This document shows positions 48,189-58,790 of a stretch of DNA of 64,000 bases, piece by piece. Location: assembly GCA_963804165.1 (NCBI GenBank), contig CAWDPO010000023.1, forward strand, positions 96,001 to 160,000, in the 5' to 3' direction. Made by a program: the position numbers and the translations under genes. The stretch is from an uncultured delta proteobacterium (GTDB lineage Bacteria; Desulfobacterota; Binatia; UBA9968). The notes under the pieces were generated by a model. The model had not been told where the DNA came from. It saw only the letters and a list, made by a program, of their open reading frames with translations, and did no database searches. Every line of letters starts with the position of its first letter. Position 1 is the stretch's first letter.

Positions 48189-48995
48189 TCAAATATTCGG
48201 TGGAGATTTGCACGAATTGAAGCTGAACAAGGCCGGCAACTCTTCAATCGCCTGTTCGAACCAAGTCAATTCTCTCGCGAGCCGCACGACGTTGCCAACG
48301 ACGATCAGCGTCGGCGATGGAAAGCCAAGCTCGCTGGCCAATGCGACAATAGTTCCGACCGTGCCAATGGCGGTTTTCTGGGACGTGAGCGTACCCTGTT
48401 GGATCAGCGCGACCGGTCGTTCCGGTTCGCAACCCCCGTCTAATAGTGCGCCCATGATCGCTCGAAGATTATGGAGGCCCATAAAGATAACCAACGTATC
48501 GGCGCATTGCGCCAGCATTCCCCAGTTTATCTCGCCTCCCACCGCCTTATGACCTGTCACCAAAACAACGCTCGACGCGCAGCAACGGTGCGTCAAGGGA
48601 ATTCCCGCGTACGCGGGAACCGCGACCGCTGCGCTAACGCCGGGAACGATCTCAAAGGCGATGCCGGCGTTGCGCAGGGCTTGAGCCTCCTCGCCGCCTC
48701 GCCCAAAGACAAATGGATCGCCGCCCTTGAGCCGAACAACGTTCTTGCCCTGCCGTGCGAGATCGATGAGCTGCGCTTCGATCGCCCCTTGCTCAGCGCA
48801 GCGCGCGCCGGCGCGTTTTCCGACGTAGCGCAATTCGCAACTCGTGCGCGCGTAAGCCAACAGAGCCGTGTTAACGAGCTCATCGTAAAGAATGACATCG
48901 GCGGCTTCGAGGCAACGCTTGCCCTTGAGCGTGAGCAGCTCAACATCGCCCGGCCCGCCGCCGACTAAAAACACTTTGCCGACTCGCGTCGCCAT
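48189..48995 (-). CDS. cobA: uroporphyrinogen-III C-methyltransferase (siroheme synthesis)
   Basis: VFLVGGGPGD..LLT.KG, VRLKGGDPFVFGRGGEE and PGVSA motifs. Confidence 0.93.
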   Translation of the reverse strand: MATRVGKVFLVGGGPGDVELLTLKGKRCLEAADVILYDELVNTALLAYARTSCELRYVGKRAGARCAEQGAIEAQLIDLARQGKNVVRLKGGDPFVFGRGGEEAQALRNAGIAFEIVPGVSAAVAVPAYAGIPLTHRCCASSVVLVTGHKAVGGEINWGMLAQCADTLVIFMGLHNLRAIMGALLDGGCEPERPVALIQQGTLTSQKTAIGTVGTIVALASELGFPSPTLIVVGNVVRLARELTWFEQAIEELPALFSFNSCKSPPNI

Positions 48996-49009
48996 CCTTG
49001 GATTGCCTG

Positions 49010-51162
49010 TCAGTTGTCCTCGAGCGGAAAATCGGTAACCTTGCGCACTCGCACAGCGCACGCTTTGAGCTCCGGCTGGCGCGAAATCGGATCGCGCGCG
49101 CTGATGGTGAGATTATTAGCTGCTTTGAAAAAGCCTTCGTCTCGGCCCCAGTGAAACGGCAGAAAACAAGTGCCCTGGACAATTTCTTCAGTGACTCTGG
49201 CCTGCGCCATCACTTTGCCGCGCCGTGAAATGACCTCGACGAAATCGGCGTCTTGAATATGATAGCCGCGCGCGTCGTTGCGATTGATTTCCAGTATCGG
49301 CTCCGGCGCGCTTCGTCGCAGGCTCGCGTTTTTTCCCGTCCGCGTCATGGTGTGCCAGTGATGCTTTACGCGTCCCGTGGTCAGAATCAGCGGATATTTC
49401 TTTGTCCGGGCTCTCACGCGGAGGTCTGATGCTCGACCACGATGAAGACAGCTTTGCCGTCGGCGGTCGGGAAGCGCCCGTTTTCATACAACCTCGAGGT
49501 CGCCGCGGTTTTGGTTCTTGGATACGGCCATTGAACCGGTCCTTGGCTCTTGAGCCGATCATAGCTGGCGCCCGAGATATCGCACAAAGTTCCCTCGGTG
49601 AGCGCCGCGAATTCGGCGAAGATTTCTTCCGCCGACGGGTACATGAAATTGGCACCGTAACCCAGCGCGTAGGCGAACAGGGAAATAATTTTCCAATCCG
49701 GCAGCGCCTCGCCGGGTGGCTCGGCGAGCTTTGGCATATAAGTGACGCGCCGTTCGGAGTTGGTCATCACGCCTTCTTTTTCGCTCCACTGGGCAGCCGG
49801 CAAAACGACGTGCGCGAAACGGCTCGTCGCTGTCGGATGATAGGCGTCCTGGACCACCACGAGCTCCGCTTGGCGTAGCGCTTTCTCGATCATATCGATG
49901 TCGGGCGCAGAAACCGCCGGGTTGGTGCAGAGAATCCAAATCGCCTTCAGCTTCCCCTGCGCCAACGCTTCAAACTGTTCGATCGCCGCAAGCCCAGGCG
50001 CCGCGGCGATACTGCCGCGCGGCACCGCCCAATGCCGCTCGACCTTTTCACGATGCTGCGGATTTTCCACGCTGCGGTAGCCGGGCAACATGTTAGATAA
50101 CCCACCGACTTCCCGACCACCCATCGCGTTGGGTTGGCCGGTCAAAGAAAATGGCCCGGAGCCCGGCTTGCCGATCTTTCCGGTGGCAAGGTGGAGATTG
50201 ATAATCGCATTGTTCTTCTGGACCCCGACGGAGCTCTGATTGATGCCCATGCTCCAGAGCGTAAGCGCGCTGCGCGCCATGCCGAATATCAACGCCGCTT
50301 CGACGATTAGGCACTCGGGCACGCCGCAAATTTCTTCGGCGACCTTCGGCGGATACTGCTTCACGACACTTTCAAGCGCGCGAAAACCGTTGGTGTGCTG
50401 GGCGACAAAGTCGCGGTCGATTAAATTCTCTTCGATCAGAACACAAAGCATGCTGTTGAGCAGCGCGATGTCGGTGCCCGGCCGCAGCGGCAAGTGCAGA
50501 TCGGCAAAGTCGGCGGTTTCCGTGCGGCGGGGATCGACGGCGATCACGGTGACTCTTTTCGGGTCGCTGAGCTTGCGCTTTTTGATCCTTTTGAAGATCA
50601 CCGGGTGGCAGTCTGCCGTGTTGGTGCCAATGAGAAGCAGGCAATTGGCCTCATCGATATCGGCATAAGAGTTCGGCGGGCCATCGGAACCGAGCGAGGT
50701 TTTGTAGCCGGCCACCGCCGAGGCCATGCAAAGGCGCGAGTTGGTGTCGAAGTTATTGGTGCCCAAAAATCCCTTCGCCAATTTGTTGGCGACGTAATAC
50801 TCCTCCGTCGTCAGCTGGCCCGAACCGTAAAAGGCGACCGCGTCCGGGCCGTGCTCGTCGATGATCGAGCGAAACCGCTTCGCCAAATAAGTCATCGCCT
50901 GTTGCCAGGAAACGCGTTTAAACGGCCCGTCCTGACATTGACGTAGTTGAGGATAGACTAACCGATCGTGGCTTTGGATGACTTCCGGCAAAAAGACCGC
51001 TTTGAGGCAGAGATCGCCTAGACTGGATGGATGCTCCGGGTCGCCTTTGATTCTCGCCACGGAGCCGTTGCGAATCCCCGCCAATAGCCCGCAGCCTACG
51101 CCGCAGTAGGGGCAGTACGATTTTTCCCAGCGCTCGATCCTGCTGTTGTGAATTTTTTCCAC
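49010..51162 (-). CDS. assimilatory nitrate reductase catalytic subunit (NasA/NarB-type molybdoenzyme; frameshift near 49410)
   Basis: CPYCGVGCG...LC [4Fe-4S], NSRLCMASA, LTGQPNAMGGREVG; C-terminal LTTGR..HWHTMTRTG...PELK in another frame. Confidence 0.9.
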
Positions 51163-51201
51163 GGCTGGGACTAACCAGTGCGCCCCGACAAGATCGAAAA
51201 A

Positions 51202-52161
51202 CTAAAGCGCCTTCGCCTGCGCCCGGCGCAGATTGTCCGCCGGCGCCTGTGGCTGGCGATATTTTTTTCGAAAACGATTGAAGCCGGTGAATTTCTCGAT
51301 GACGAAAAGCTCCTCCGCCGTCACCGTGGGCGTGGCAACCCCCGTTTGTTTTGCTTGTATTGAAGCATAGGTCTTACTGCCGCTCGGCGCCGCCCGTTCT
51401 TCGAGGAAGCTTAGGAGTTGCTTGCGTGCCTGGTGATATTGGGGATCGTCGATGATCGTCAGGCGGTCGCGCGGTCGCTCAAACGGCACCGTGACGATCT
51501 CGCCGACGGTGGCGGCCGGGCCATTGGTCATGAGCACGATGCGATCAGCGAGTAGTAACGCTTCGTCAACATCGTGGGTCACCATGAGGACGGTCTTCTG
51601 TGTTTCGGCGCAGAGCTGAATCAATTGGTCCTGCAACTCCATGCGCGTCACCACGTCGAGCAAACTAAATGGCTCGTCGAGCAAAAGCACTTTGGGCTCC
51701 AACGCAAAGGCGCGGGCGATGCCGACGCGCTGACGCATGCCGGCGGAGAGTTGGTCAGGGTAACAGTCGGCAACATCGTTCAGCCCCACCGAGGCGAGGA
51801 AAGCATCCGCGCCGGCGTTCCGCTCCTTGTGGGTCTTTCGGTCATTGACCTGCTCCACGGCGAGCAATACGTTTTCGCGCGCCGTGAGCCACGGCAAGAG
51901 CGCGGGGGATTGAAACACCACGCCGCGATCTAATCCCGGGCCGACCACTTCGCGGCCCGCCACGATCACCCCGCCTTCGGTGGCATCGTTGAGGCCCATG
52001 GCGATCGAAAGCACGGTGGATTTGCCGCAGCCCGAGTGGCCGACGATGCACACGAATTCGCCTTCACTGACGCGCAAATTGAAATCCTTGACGATAACGG
52101 AAGGGCCCTGCCCGGTCGCGTAAGTTTTGCCCAGGCTTGTCAATTCGAGGGACGGAATCAT
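51202..52161 (-). CDS. nitrate ABC transporter ATP-binding subunit (NrtD-like)
   Basis: [21 protein letters not shown] and MTNGPAA motifs. Confidence 0.9.
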   Translation of the reverse strand: MIPSLELTSLGKTYATGQGPSVIVKDFNLRVSEGEFVCIVGHSGCGKSTVLSIAMGLNDATEGGVIVAGREVVGPGLDRGVVFQSPALLPWLTARENVLLAVEQVNDRKTHKERNAGADAFLASVGLNDVADCYPDQLSAGMRQRVGIARAFALEPKVLLLDEPFSLLDVVTRMELQDQLIQLCAETQKTVLMVTHDVDEALLLADRIVLMTNGPAATVGEIVTVPFERPRDRLTIIDDPQYHQARKQLLSFLEERAAPSGSKTYASIQAKQTGVATPTVTAEELFVIEKFTGFNRFRKKYRQPQAPADNLRRAQAKAL

Positions 52162-52179
52162 CGCTAATGGTTTCTCCGT

Positions 52180-53017
52180 TCAGTGCAGTAATTTTTTTTC
52201 CGCCGTTGAGTCCACGGCGCCGCGTGTCCTGCCAGACATGAGAACATTCACGGTTTCTCGCCGCACCCGCTGATAACCAGGCTCGTCGATTAACTGGGCG
52301 CGCGAGCGCGGATGCGGCGTTTCGACGCGGACGGCGGGTCCGAGAGTCGCTCCCGGTCCGGATGTCAGCGTATAGATTGAGTCGGCGAGCAGAATCGCTT
52401 CGTCGATGTCGTTGGTGATCATCACCACGGTTTTCTGCGTCTCCATCCAGATACGCGCCAACTCTTCCTGCAAAGTCCCGCGCGTGAGCGCGTCGAGAGC
52501 ACTGAAAGGCTCGTCCATGAGAAGTACCTTGGGTACCCATCGCCAAACCGCGCGCCACTGCGACACGCTGGCGCATGCCGCCGGAAAGCTCGCGCGGCAC
52601 TTTCTTCATCGCCGCACTCAGGTTGACCAAGTTGATATAGTGCTCAGCGCGTTGCCGCTTCTCTGCCTCGGCGAGATGAGGCGCGACGGCGTCAACGGCG
52701 AGATAGACATTTTCGAAGACATTCATCCAGGGCAGCAGCGAATAGTTCTGAAAAACCACGCCGCGGTCGGGACCCGGTCCATCGATAGGCTTGCCTTCGA
52801 GTAGAATTTCACCGGCATCCGGTTCGAGCAGACCGGCGATCAGTGAGATCAGCGTCGTCTTGCCGGAACCGGAACGGCCGACAATACAAACAAATTCGTT
52901 TTCGTCGATGGTCAAATTGATATCGCGCAACACCGCAAGCCTGATCCGATCCGCCGACGCGCGACCCGCACCGCGCACAAAACTTTTGTCGACCCCGGTG
53001 ACTTCAAGATAGGCCAT
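52180..53017 (-). CDS. nitrate ABC transporter ATP-binding subunit (NrtC-like; frameshift near 52540)
   Basis: [19 protein letters not shown] and LSGGMRQR, then [15 protein letters not shown] in the next frame. Confidence 0.88.
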
Positions 53018-53027
53018 AAGTAAAATC

Positions 53028-53812
53028 TCAAGCTGTTTGAAAGCGCCGTTCGATCACGCTCATGAGCCGGTCCAAAGCGAAGCCGATGAGCCCGATGGCA
53101 AGGACGGACAAGAGAATGTGCGAGTAAACCAAACTGTTGTATTCCTGCCAGAGAAAGCCGCCCAGACCCGGCGAACCGGTGAGCATCTCGGCGGCGACGA
53201 TCACCAGCCAGGCCATACCGAGACTCAAGCGATATCCCGTGAACATAAAAGGCAATGTCGCCGGAATCATGATCTTGGTGAGCTTCTTGAGCGGCGAGAG
53301 CTTGAGGACGCGGCCGACGTTGAGATATTCAGTGCCGTATGTTGCGCACGCCCATCGCTGTATTGATCACCGTCGGCCACATGGCGCAAATCGCGATCGT
53401 GAAAAGCGCCGCGGGCTCGGAATTGTTTAAAGATGACCAAACCTAACGGCAGCCAGGCGAGCGGTGAAATCGGCCGCAGCACCTGGATCACCGGATCGAA
53501 GGCTTTCTGAAAATTGGCCGAAAGTCCCAATAAAAAACCGAGCGGCGTGCCGATCGCGATGGCCAATTAGAAATCCCTTGCTCACGCGCACCAGGCTTAA
53601 ATAAAGCGAAGCGGAGAATCCCTTGGTTCAATCTCGCCGTCTTTGAAGAAGGGATTGAGAATGTAATTCTGGCTTTCGTACCAGGTGCGCAGCGGTGACG
53701 GCAGATCGGGAGCAACCATTGAGGCTCAGACCGGTCCATAATACAATCAACACTAAACCCACTCCCATTATCGGTAGAAAGAAGGGCCGCAGAAATCGAA
53801 ACGCTTCTCCAT
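53028..53812 (-). CDS. nitrate ABC transporter permease NrtB (multiple frameshifts)
   Basis: [20 protein letters not shown] and [19 protein letters not shown] motifs. Confidence 0.85.
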
Positions 53813-53826
53813 ATATCAACTCCAGT

Positions 53827-55106
53827 TTATGTCATGTTGTTGATCGAGAATTTCTTTACGTACTCTTCCGGTTTGGCGGGATCGAACTCGATCTTGTCGA
53901 AGAGTGTTTCTTTCTTCATGTCTTCTTTCGGGTACGGTAATGCCCATCTCTTTGGCAACTTCGCGGTAGATATCCGGCCGAGTGAACTTTGTTGACGATG
54001 CCTGTGTAATCCGGCGGTACCTTTCACCATGCCCCAGCGGCGGAATTGCGTGAGCCACCAGACGCCATGTGATTTCCACGGAAAATTACGTGTTGCGATC
54101 GAAGAACGTCATATACAAGGGATCTTTTTCCTTGCGGCCGTCGCCGTAGTCATAGTCGCCGAGCATGCGCCCGAGGATAACTTCTTTCTGCGTGTTGATG
54201 TATTTGCGGCTTCGATACCACCTCGGCCATGTGGGGCGCGATTTTCCATTTTGTCGATGTACTAGGCTCGACTCCGTCACCGCGCTGCAGGATAGCTTTG
54301 ACGGTCTTCGGGTTCTTGTCGGCAAACTCTGCAGTGAACGCTCAGAACTTTTTCCGGATGATCCTTCCACATCTGTTTGGGTGGTGATCGCCGTGAAACC
54401 GATCCCGTCGGCGATCGCGCGCGCGTTCCATGGCTCGCCGACGCAGAAGCCGTCCATCTTGCCGACTTTCATGTTCGCCACCATTTGCGGCGGCGGAATG
54501 GTTATCAAAGAAACATCCCTGTGCGGGATGAATACCACCTGACGCTAGCCAATAGCGCATCCACATAGCGTGGGTTCCCGGAGGGAAAGTCATGGCAAAG
54601 TTCATCGGAGTGCCCTTCACCTTTGCGTCCATCACCAAAGGCTTGAGTTGCTGCGGTTCGTTTTTACACCTTTAGCGAGCAACTCTTTGTCGAGTGTGAT
54701 CGCCTGACCGTTACGGTTGAGATAGAAAAGGGATGATCATCGGCCTATTGCGGCGATCCGAGGAGCCCCATCGTCGAAGCGTACGGCATGCCAAGGAGCA
54801 TATGCGTTGCCTGATTTTCGCCCAGATTGATCTTGTCGCGGATCGCCGCCCACGACGCTTCCTTGGAAATCGTCGACTCGATGCCGTACTTTTTAAACAA
54901 GCCCAGTCTCGTGCGCCATCACGATCGACGAACAATCGGTCAAAGCAATGATGCCAATCCGGATACTCGTCGTCTCCGGACCGTCCGCCGCGTAAGCGCC
55001 GCCGATCCAGCCCTTGGGCATTTCGGCCAACAGGATGCCTAACGAGCTGCCGGAGACTTTTAAAAAATTCCGGCGAGTCAATTCTTTAGTTTGTCTTTTT
55101 TTTCAT
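53827..55106 (-). CDS. CmpA/NrtA-family substrate-binding protein with Tat signal (multiple frameshifts)
   Basis: TRRNFLK, IGIIALTDC, FAMTFP.GTH..W.RYWLA.GGI.P and PPPQMVANM....DGFCVGEPWN. Confidence 0.85.
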
Positions 55107-55122
55107 CCCTTGAGCCACGTCA

Positions 55123-56977
55123 TCATCCTTCCAATAAAAATTGATCGCCTTGGGCCACCAACTTAAAGACTTTCACCTTGAGTTTCGGGTCGGTCGAGCA
55201 CGCCCCGGTCTTGAGATCGAACTTATAGCCGTGCAGCGGGCAAACCACTTCGCCGCCTTCGATCCAACCGTTGCACAGTTGGCCGCCTTCATGCGGACAG
55301 ATGTTCTGAATGCCGTACAGTTGTCCGTTGGATTTAAATACAGCCATTTCTTCACCTTTCGCGCGGAATAGCTTTGCGGCTCCTTCCGCGATCTCTTGAG
55401 GCCGAATCATCGGCCGCGTCGGCGCAGACTCTGCTGTGGGTTTCACGCTCTCTGGCAGCGCTTGGGGAATTTTTCTGAGCTGCTGACGCATCGCTTTGAA
55501 CGCGCCATGTTTGACTAGGCCGGCAATCACGTCGGGCAAGTCTTCGCAGGGGACGTCTTCCATGATCTTGATCGGTGGGTTGGGCTCGGAGCCCGCCGCG
55601 CCACCGGTAAACACATCCACGGCTTCGACGACTTCGCCGTTGAGCTTGATATTCTTGCCCTGGAATCCGATCTCGGCCGTCGCATGGTTGCCACAGCCCG
55701 CGGGACAGCCGGACCAATGCATGCGCAACGGTTGAGTCTTGCCAAGTTTCGTTTCAAGAATCCCCGCGGTCTTAAGCGCCCAACCTTTAGTCTCGATCAG
55801 AGCAAAGTGGCAATAGTCCATCCCCGTGCAACTCACCAGACCGCGCATGACCTCGGAAGGATCATAGCGTAGCTCCTGGAGCACCGGCTCTTTAGTGAGC
55901 TCGCCAATCTTGCTGTCGGGCACGTTGGGGATGATAAGGTTTTGCCCGACGGTCAGGCGGAGTTGGCCGTTGCCGTAGATTTCGGCCAGTTCCGCGATTT
56001 GCCGCATCTGTTCCGAGGTCATGCGTCCGACGGGCACCGTGAGTCCAACATAGTTGAGGCCCGCCTGTTTCTGGCGAAGCACACCGACATGGTCGGTGTG
56101 CTTCGGCGTGCGTCGGTCAATTCCCGCGGAGGCAAGCGGTCGATCAACGCGACGTTCCAGTTCACTGCGAAATTTTTCTACTCCCCAGTTCTCGATGAGA
56201 AACGCGAGACGCGCCTTGGTGCGCAGGTCGCGCGCGCCATGATCGCGGAAGATGAAAACGATATAGCTACAAATGGCGGCGGCTTCTTCAGGGGTCACGA
56301 ATAGGTTCAGCGGCGAAGCGATGCGAAAGCCGCCCGAGCCCATTTTACCGCCCACCGCGACATTGAATCCTTTGATCTCGGCGCCGGCGATTTGTTTCGT
56401 TGCCGGCGTCAGCGCGATGTCCTGCGCTTCGGCGTGAGTGCATGCCTCCTTGCAGGCGGTAATCGTGACATTGAATTTTCGCGGCAGATTCGTGTAGGCC
56501 TTGTCGCCGACAAAAAGCTCGGTAAATTCTTTCACCACCGGCGATGCATCGAAGAGCTCATTGGGCAGTGAGCCCGGCAACGGGACAACCGACGACGTTT
56601 CTAATGTTGTCCATGCCGGTCTGTAGCGTGATCAACCCGACGGCCTTGAGCCGCTCCCAAATCTGCGGCACGTCATTGATAGTGAACCAGCGGAGCTGGA
56701 GCTGCTGCCGCGTGGTGATATCGGCGAACCCTTTGCCAAATCCGCCGCTGATTTCGGCGATGGCGCGCAGCTGCGTAGCGGTGGTGATGCCGTTCGGTAT
56801 GCGCACGCGCATCATGAAATGGCCCGGCGTCTGGCGCCGAAAAAATACGCCGGTCCACTTGAGTCGCTCTTTGTCGCCGTCGGTGATGGCCTGCCATCCT
56901 TCGCTGGCGTATCGCGGAATATCGTTGAGGACGTCGAGTCCGTCCTTTTCCTTCTTGTATTCCTCGATTTTATTCAT
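55123..56977 (-). CDS. nirA: ferredoxin-type nitrite reductase with C-terminal Rieske (NirD-like) domain; frameshift near 56570
   Basis: ITTRQQLQLR, NLPRKFN and siroheme/[4Fe-4S] CTG..YC...SGCPAGC; C-terminal CPHEG...CPLHG Rieske ligands. Confidence 0.88.
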
Positions 56978-56980
56978 GAC

Positions 56981-57496
56981 TTATCGTCGAGCGGAGAAGT
57001 CCAGGTTCTCTTGCTTTGCGCTCGCAGTTGCGCGGGTTGAACGCGCAAAACTCCGGTGATGATTGCGGCCGCGGACAGAATGTAGCGCATCGTGAAACCT
57101 CGCGCGTCTCGCAAAAGTGAGCACGATATGCGCGCCGAGCCAAAGATTTCGCGCCTGGTTCATTTTGGTGTGCGATGGGGCAGCGCGCGCTCCCGGATTG
57201 CCCGCCGGAGGCATAGGCGGTTTAACAGCTTGACCCACCACGGCCGGGCGGCCAATGGTGTGACGCAGTCGTGCAACCGGGAGCGCGCGCTGGAGTAGTC
57301 GGTCTCCCATTTTTTACCCGAGCTGATCGTGTCCTCGAACGGTTTGTTCGGCGCCGGGATGTGACTGGACAAGCTCGGTGAAAACAGCATCGACAAATTC
57401 AGGCGCGCCGCGCGCGGCCCGTTTGAAGCTGCTTTCCAATAACTCGACACTCAGCGGTGTCTCAGGTGACGAACTCGGTTGGGTTGCTGTTTCCAT
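56981..57496 (-). CDS. globin-like protein, degraded or frameshifted
   Basis: RBS GGAGG; LSVELLESSF....EFVDAVF.EL..SHP matches globin A-B-C helices; the rest is fragmented across frames. Confidence 0.4.
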
Positions 57497-57691
57497 GTTT
57501 GCCTCCAAGGAAATCGTTCATATTCACAGCCAAGAATATGCGTCGCACTATCATTCAAGGATTTTCGTCAGATAAAGCAGAGTCAACTGTTTGTTTGTGA
57601 TCGAACACTTTCGGCCCGACTTCAGCGGATGAATCGAGAAGCTGGTGCCTGTTAGCGAACCACCGGTCGACATCTACGCCCCCAATCGCGC

Positions 57692-57972
57692 TCACCCAAG
57701 CATCGTAACTGGCTCGCGAACACTCGTACCGGGAGCAGCCGGCGTCGCTGGCAATGCATTAACGAAATTCATTTCCATAACGACCATGACTTGCTGCGAC
57801 GCCGACCCACCGTGCGGGGAGCCCTCGGCGCGTCGAGATCGAAGCATCTTGCCATTTCCAAGACTGGCAATTTCGGAATATCTCCGTCTGCCTGGTCTCC
57901 GAAAACCTCCTCCAAAAAGATGATGTTGTCGAAGATTTTTCCGGTCATACTTTTTTCCCTTGCTCTCGCCAT
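57692..57972 (-). CDS. small hypothetical protein, first gene after the ANTAR leader (67 aa to 57769, or ~93 aa if one frameshift)
   Basis: RBS GGAGG before ATG 57972, immediately after the leader terminator. Confidence 0.5.
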
Positions 57973-57986
57973 CCCAACCTCCTTTG

Positions 57987-58052
57987 AAAATAAAAAGGCG
58001 CTCCATCGGATAACCGATGAGCGCCTTTGCTCAACGAAGGCGTCGTTGCCTT
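57987..58052 (-). promoter_or_regulatory. ANTAR dual-hairpin antitermination leader overlapping an intrinsic terminator
   Basis: Minus strand AAGGC-AACGAC-GCCTT, linker, GAGC-AAAGGC-GCTC. The second hairpin overlaps terminator AAAGGCGCTCATCGG-TTAT-CCGATGGAGCGCCTTT-TTATTTT. Confidence 0.88.
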
Positions 58053-58065
58053 GTTAGCAATTACG

Positions 58066-58081
58066 AGCAATCAATATGCCA
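58066..58081 (-). promoter_or_regulatory. sigma54 -24/-12 promoter (nitrate cluster)
   Basis: TGGCAT-ATTGA-TTGCT; predicted +1 near 58055, just before the ANTAR hairpin. Confidence 0.85.
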
Positions 58082-58141
58082 GTTTCGACTCAAGGAAATT
58101 ACTTGCAATTTCAGCGGCATCCGTTGGCACTACAACTTAGT

Positions 58142-58181
58142 TGCCTATGCGCGAGTCATGGCCCTGCCTAGAGACTCGGCA
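58142..58181. promoter_or_regulatory. paired NtrC-like enhancer sites
   Basis: TGCCTATGCGCGAGTCA and TGCCTAGAGACTCGGCA. Confidence 0.5.
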
Positions 58182-58202
58182 GCGTGCCGTGTTGGAAATT
58201 TC

Positions 58203-58790
58203 CTAATTCTTATCGCCTTTGAAAATCCCACCCGCTAGGAGGATCGCTTGGGCGACGTCTGCCATTGGCTTGCGCATGTTCATACTGGTCTTTTTAATCA
58301 AAGTATAAGCCTGGTCCTCCGTCAGATTTCTTTGATTCATCAACAAGCCCTTGGCGCGCTCGATGAGCTTGCGCGCCTCCAAGTTCTCTTTCAGAGATGA
58401 ATTTTCCGCCCTGAGCGAGACGAAGTCCTGGAAACGCGTGATTGCCAGCTCGATCGCGGGACTCAGCTCCGGCGCCCGCAGCGGCTTGACGAGGTATCCC
58501 ATTATTCCCGCCAATTTCGCGCGCTCGACGGTTGCCGTATCGTAATGACTGGTAATTAAAACGATCGGCACCGGCTGCGATTGCATCACATCGCGCGCCG
58601 CCTCGATGCCGTCGATGTCCGGCAATCCGACCGCCATAAGGATCACGTCCGGAACGGCCGCGCGCGCCAATACCGGGGCCAATTTTCCACTGGTCTCCTC
58701 GCCGGCAATCTCGTAGCCGCCGTCCTTTAGAATGGTAACGAGCTGCTTGCGCGAGGACTCGTGATCATCTATGACCAGGACTCTTCTCAT
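58203..58790 (-). CDS. REC-ANTAR response regulator (NasT/AmiR/GnfR-like)
   Basis: REC domain plus RKLIERAKGLLM...LTEDQAY..IKK.SM ANTAR motif. Confidence 0.93.
   Translation of the reverse strand: MRRVLVIDDHESSRKQLVTILKDGGYEIAGEETSGKLAPVLARAAVPDVILMAVGLPDIDGIEAARDVMQSQPVPIVLITSHYDTATVERAKLAGIMGYLVKPLRAPELSPAIELAITRFQDFVSLRAENSSLKENLEARKLIERAKGLLMNQRNLTEDQAYTLIKKTSMNMRKPMADVAQAILLAGGIFKGDKN

Noticed and set aside
49402-57000. Programmed ribosomal frameshifting in the nitrate genes
   Set aside because: Too many scattered frame changes with no shared slippery motif; sequencing error is the simpler explanation.
57524-57546. Possible fourth sigma54 promoter before the globin-like gene
   Set aside because: Minus strand ACGCAT-ATTCT-TGGCT lacks the invariant -24 GG.
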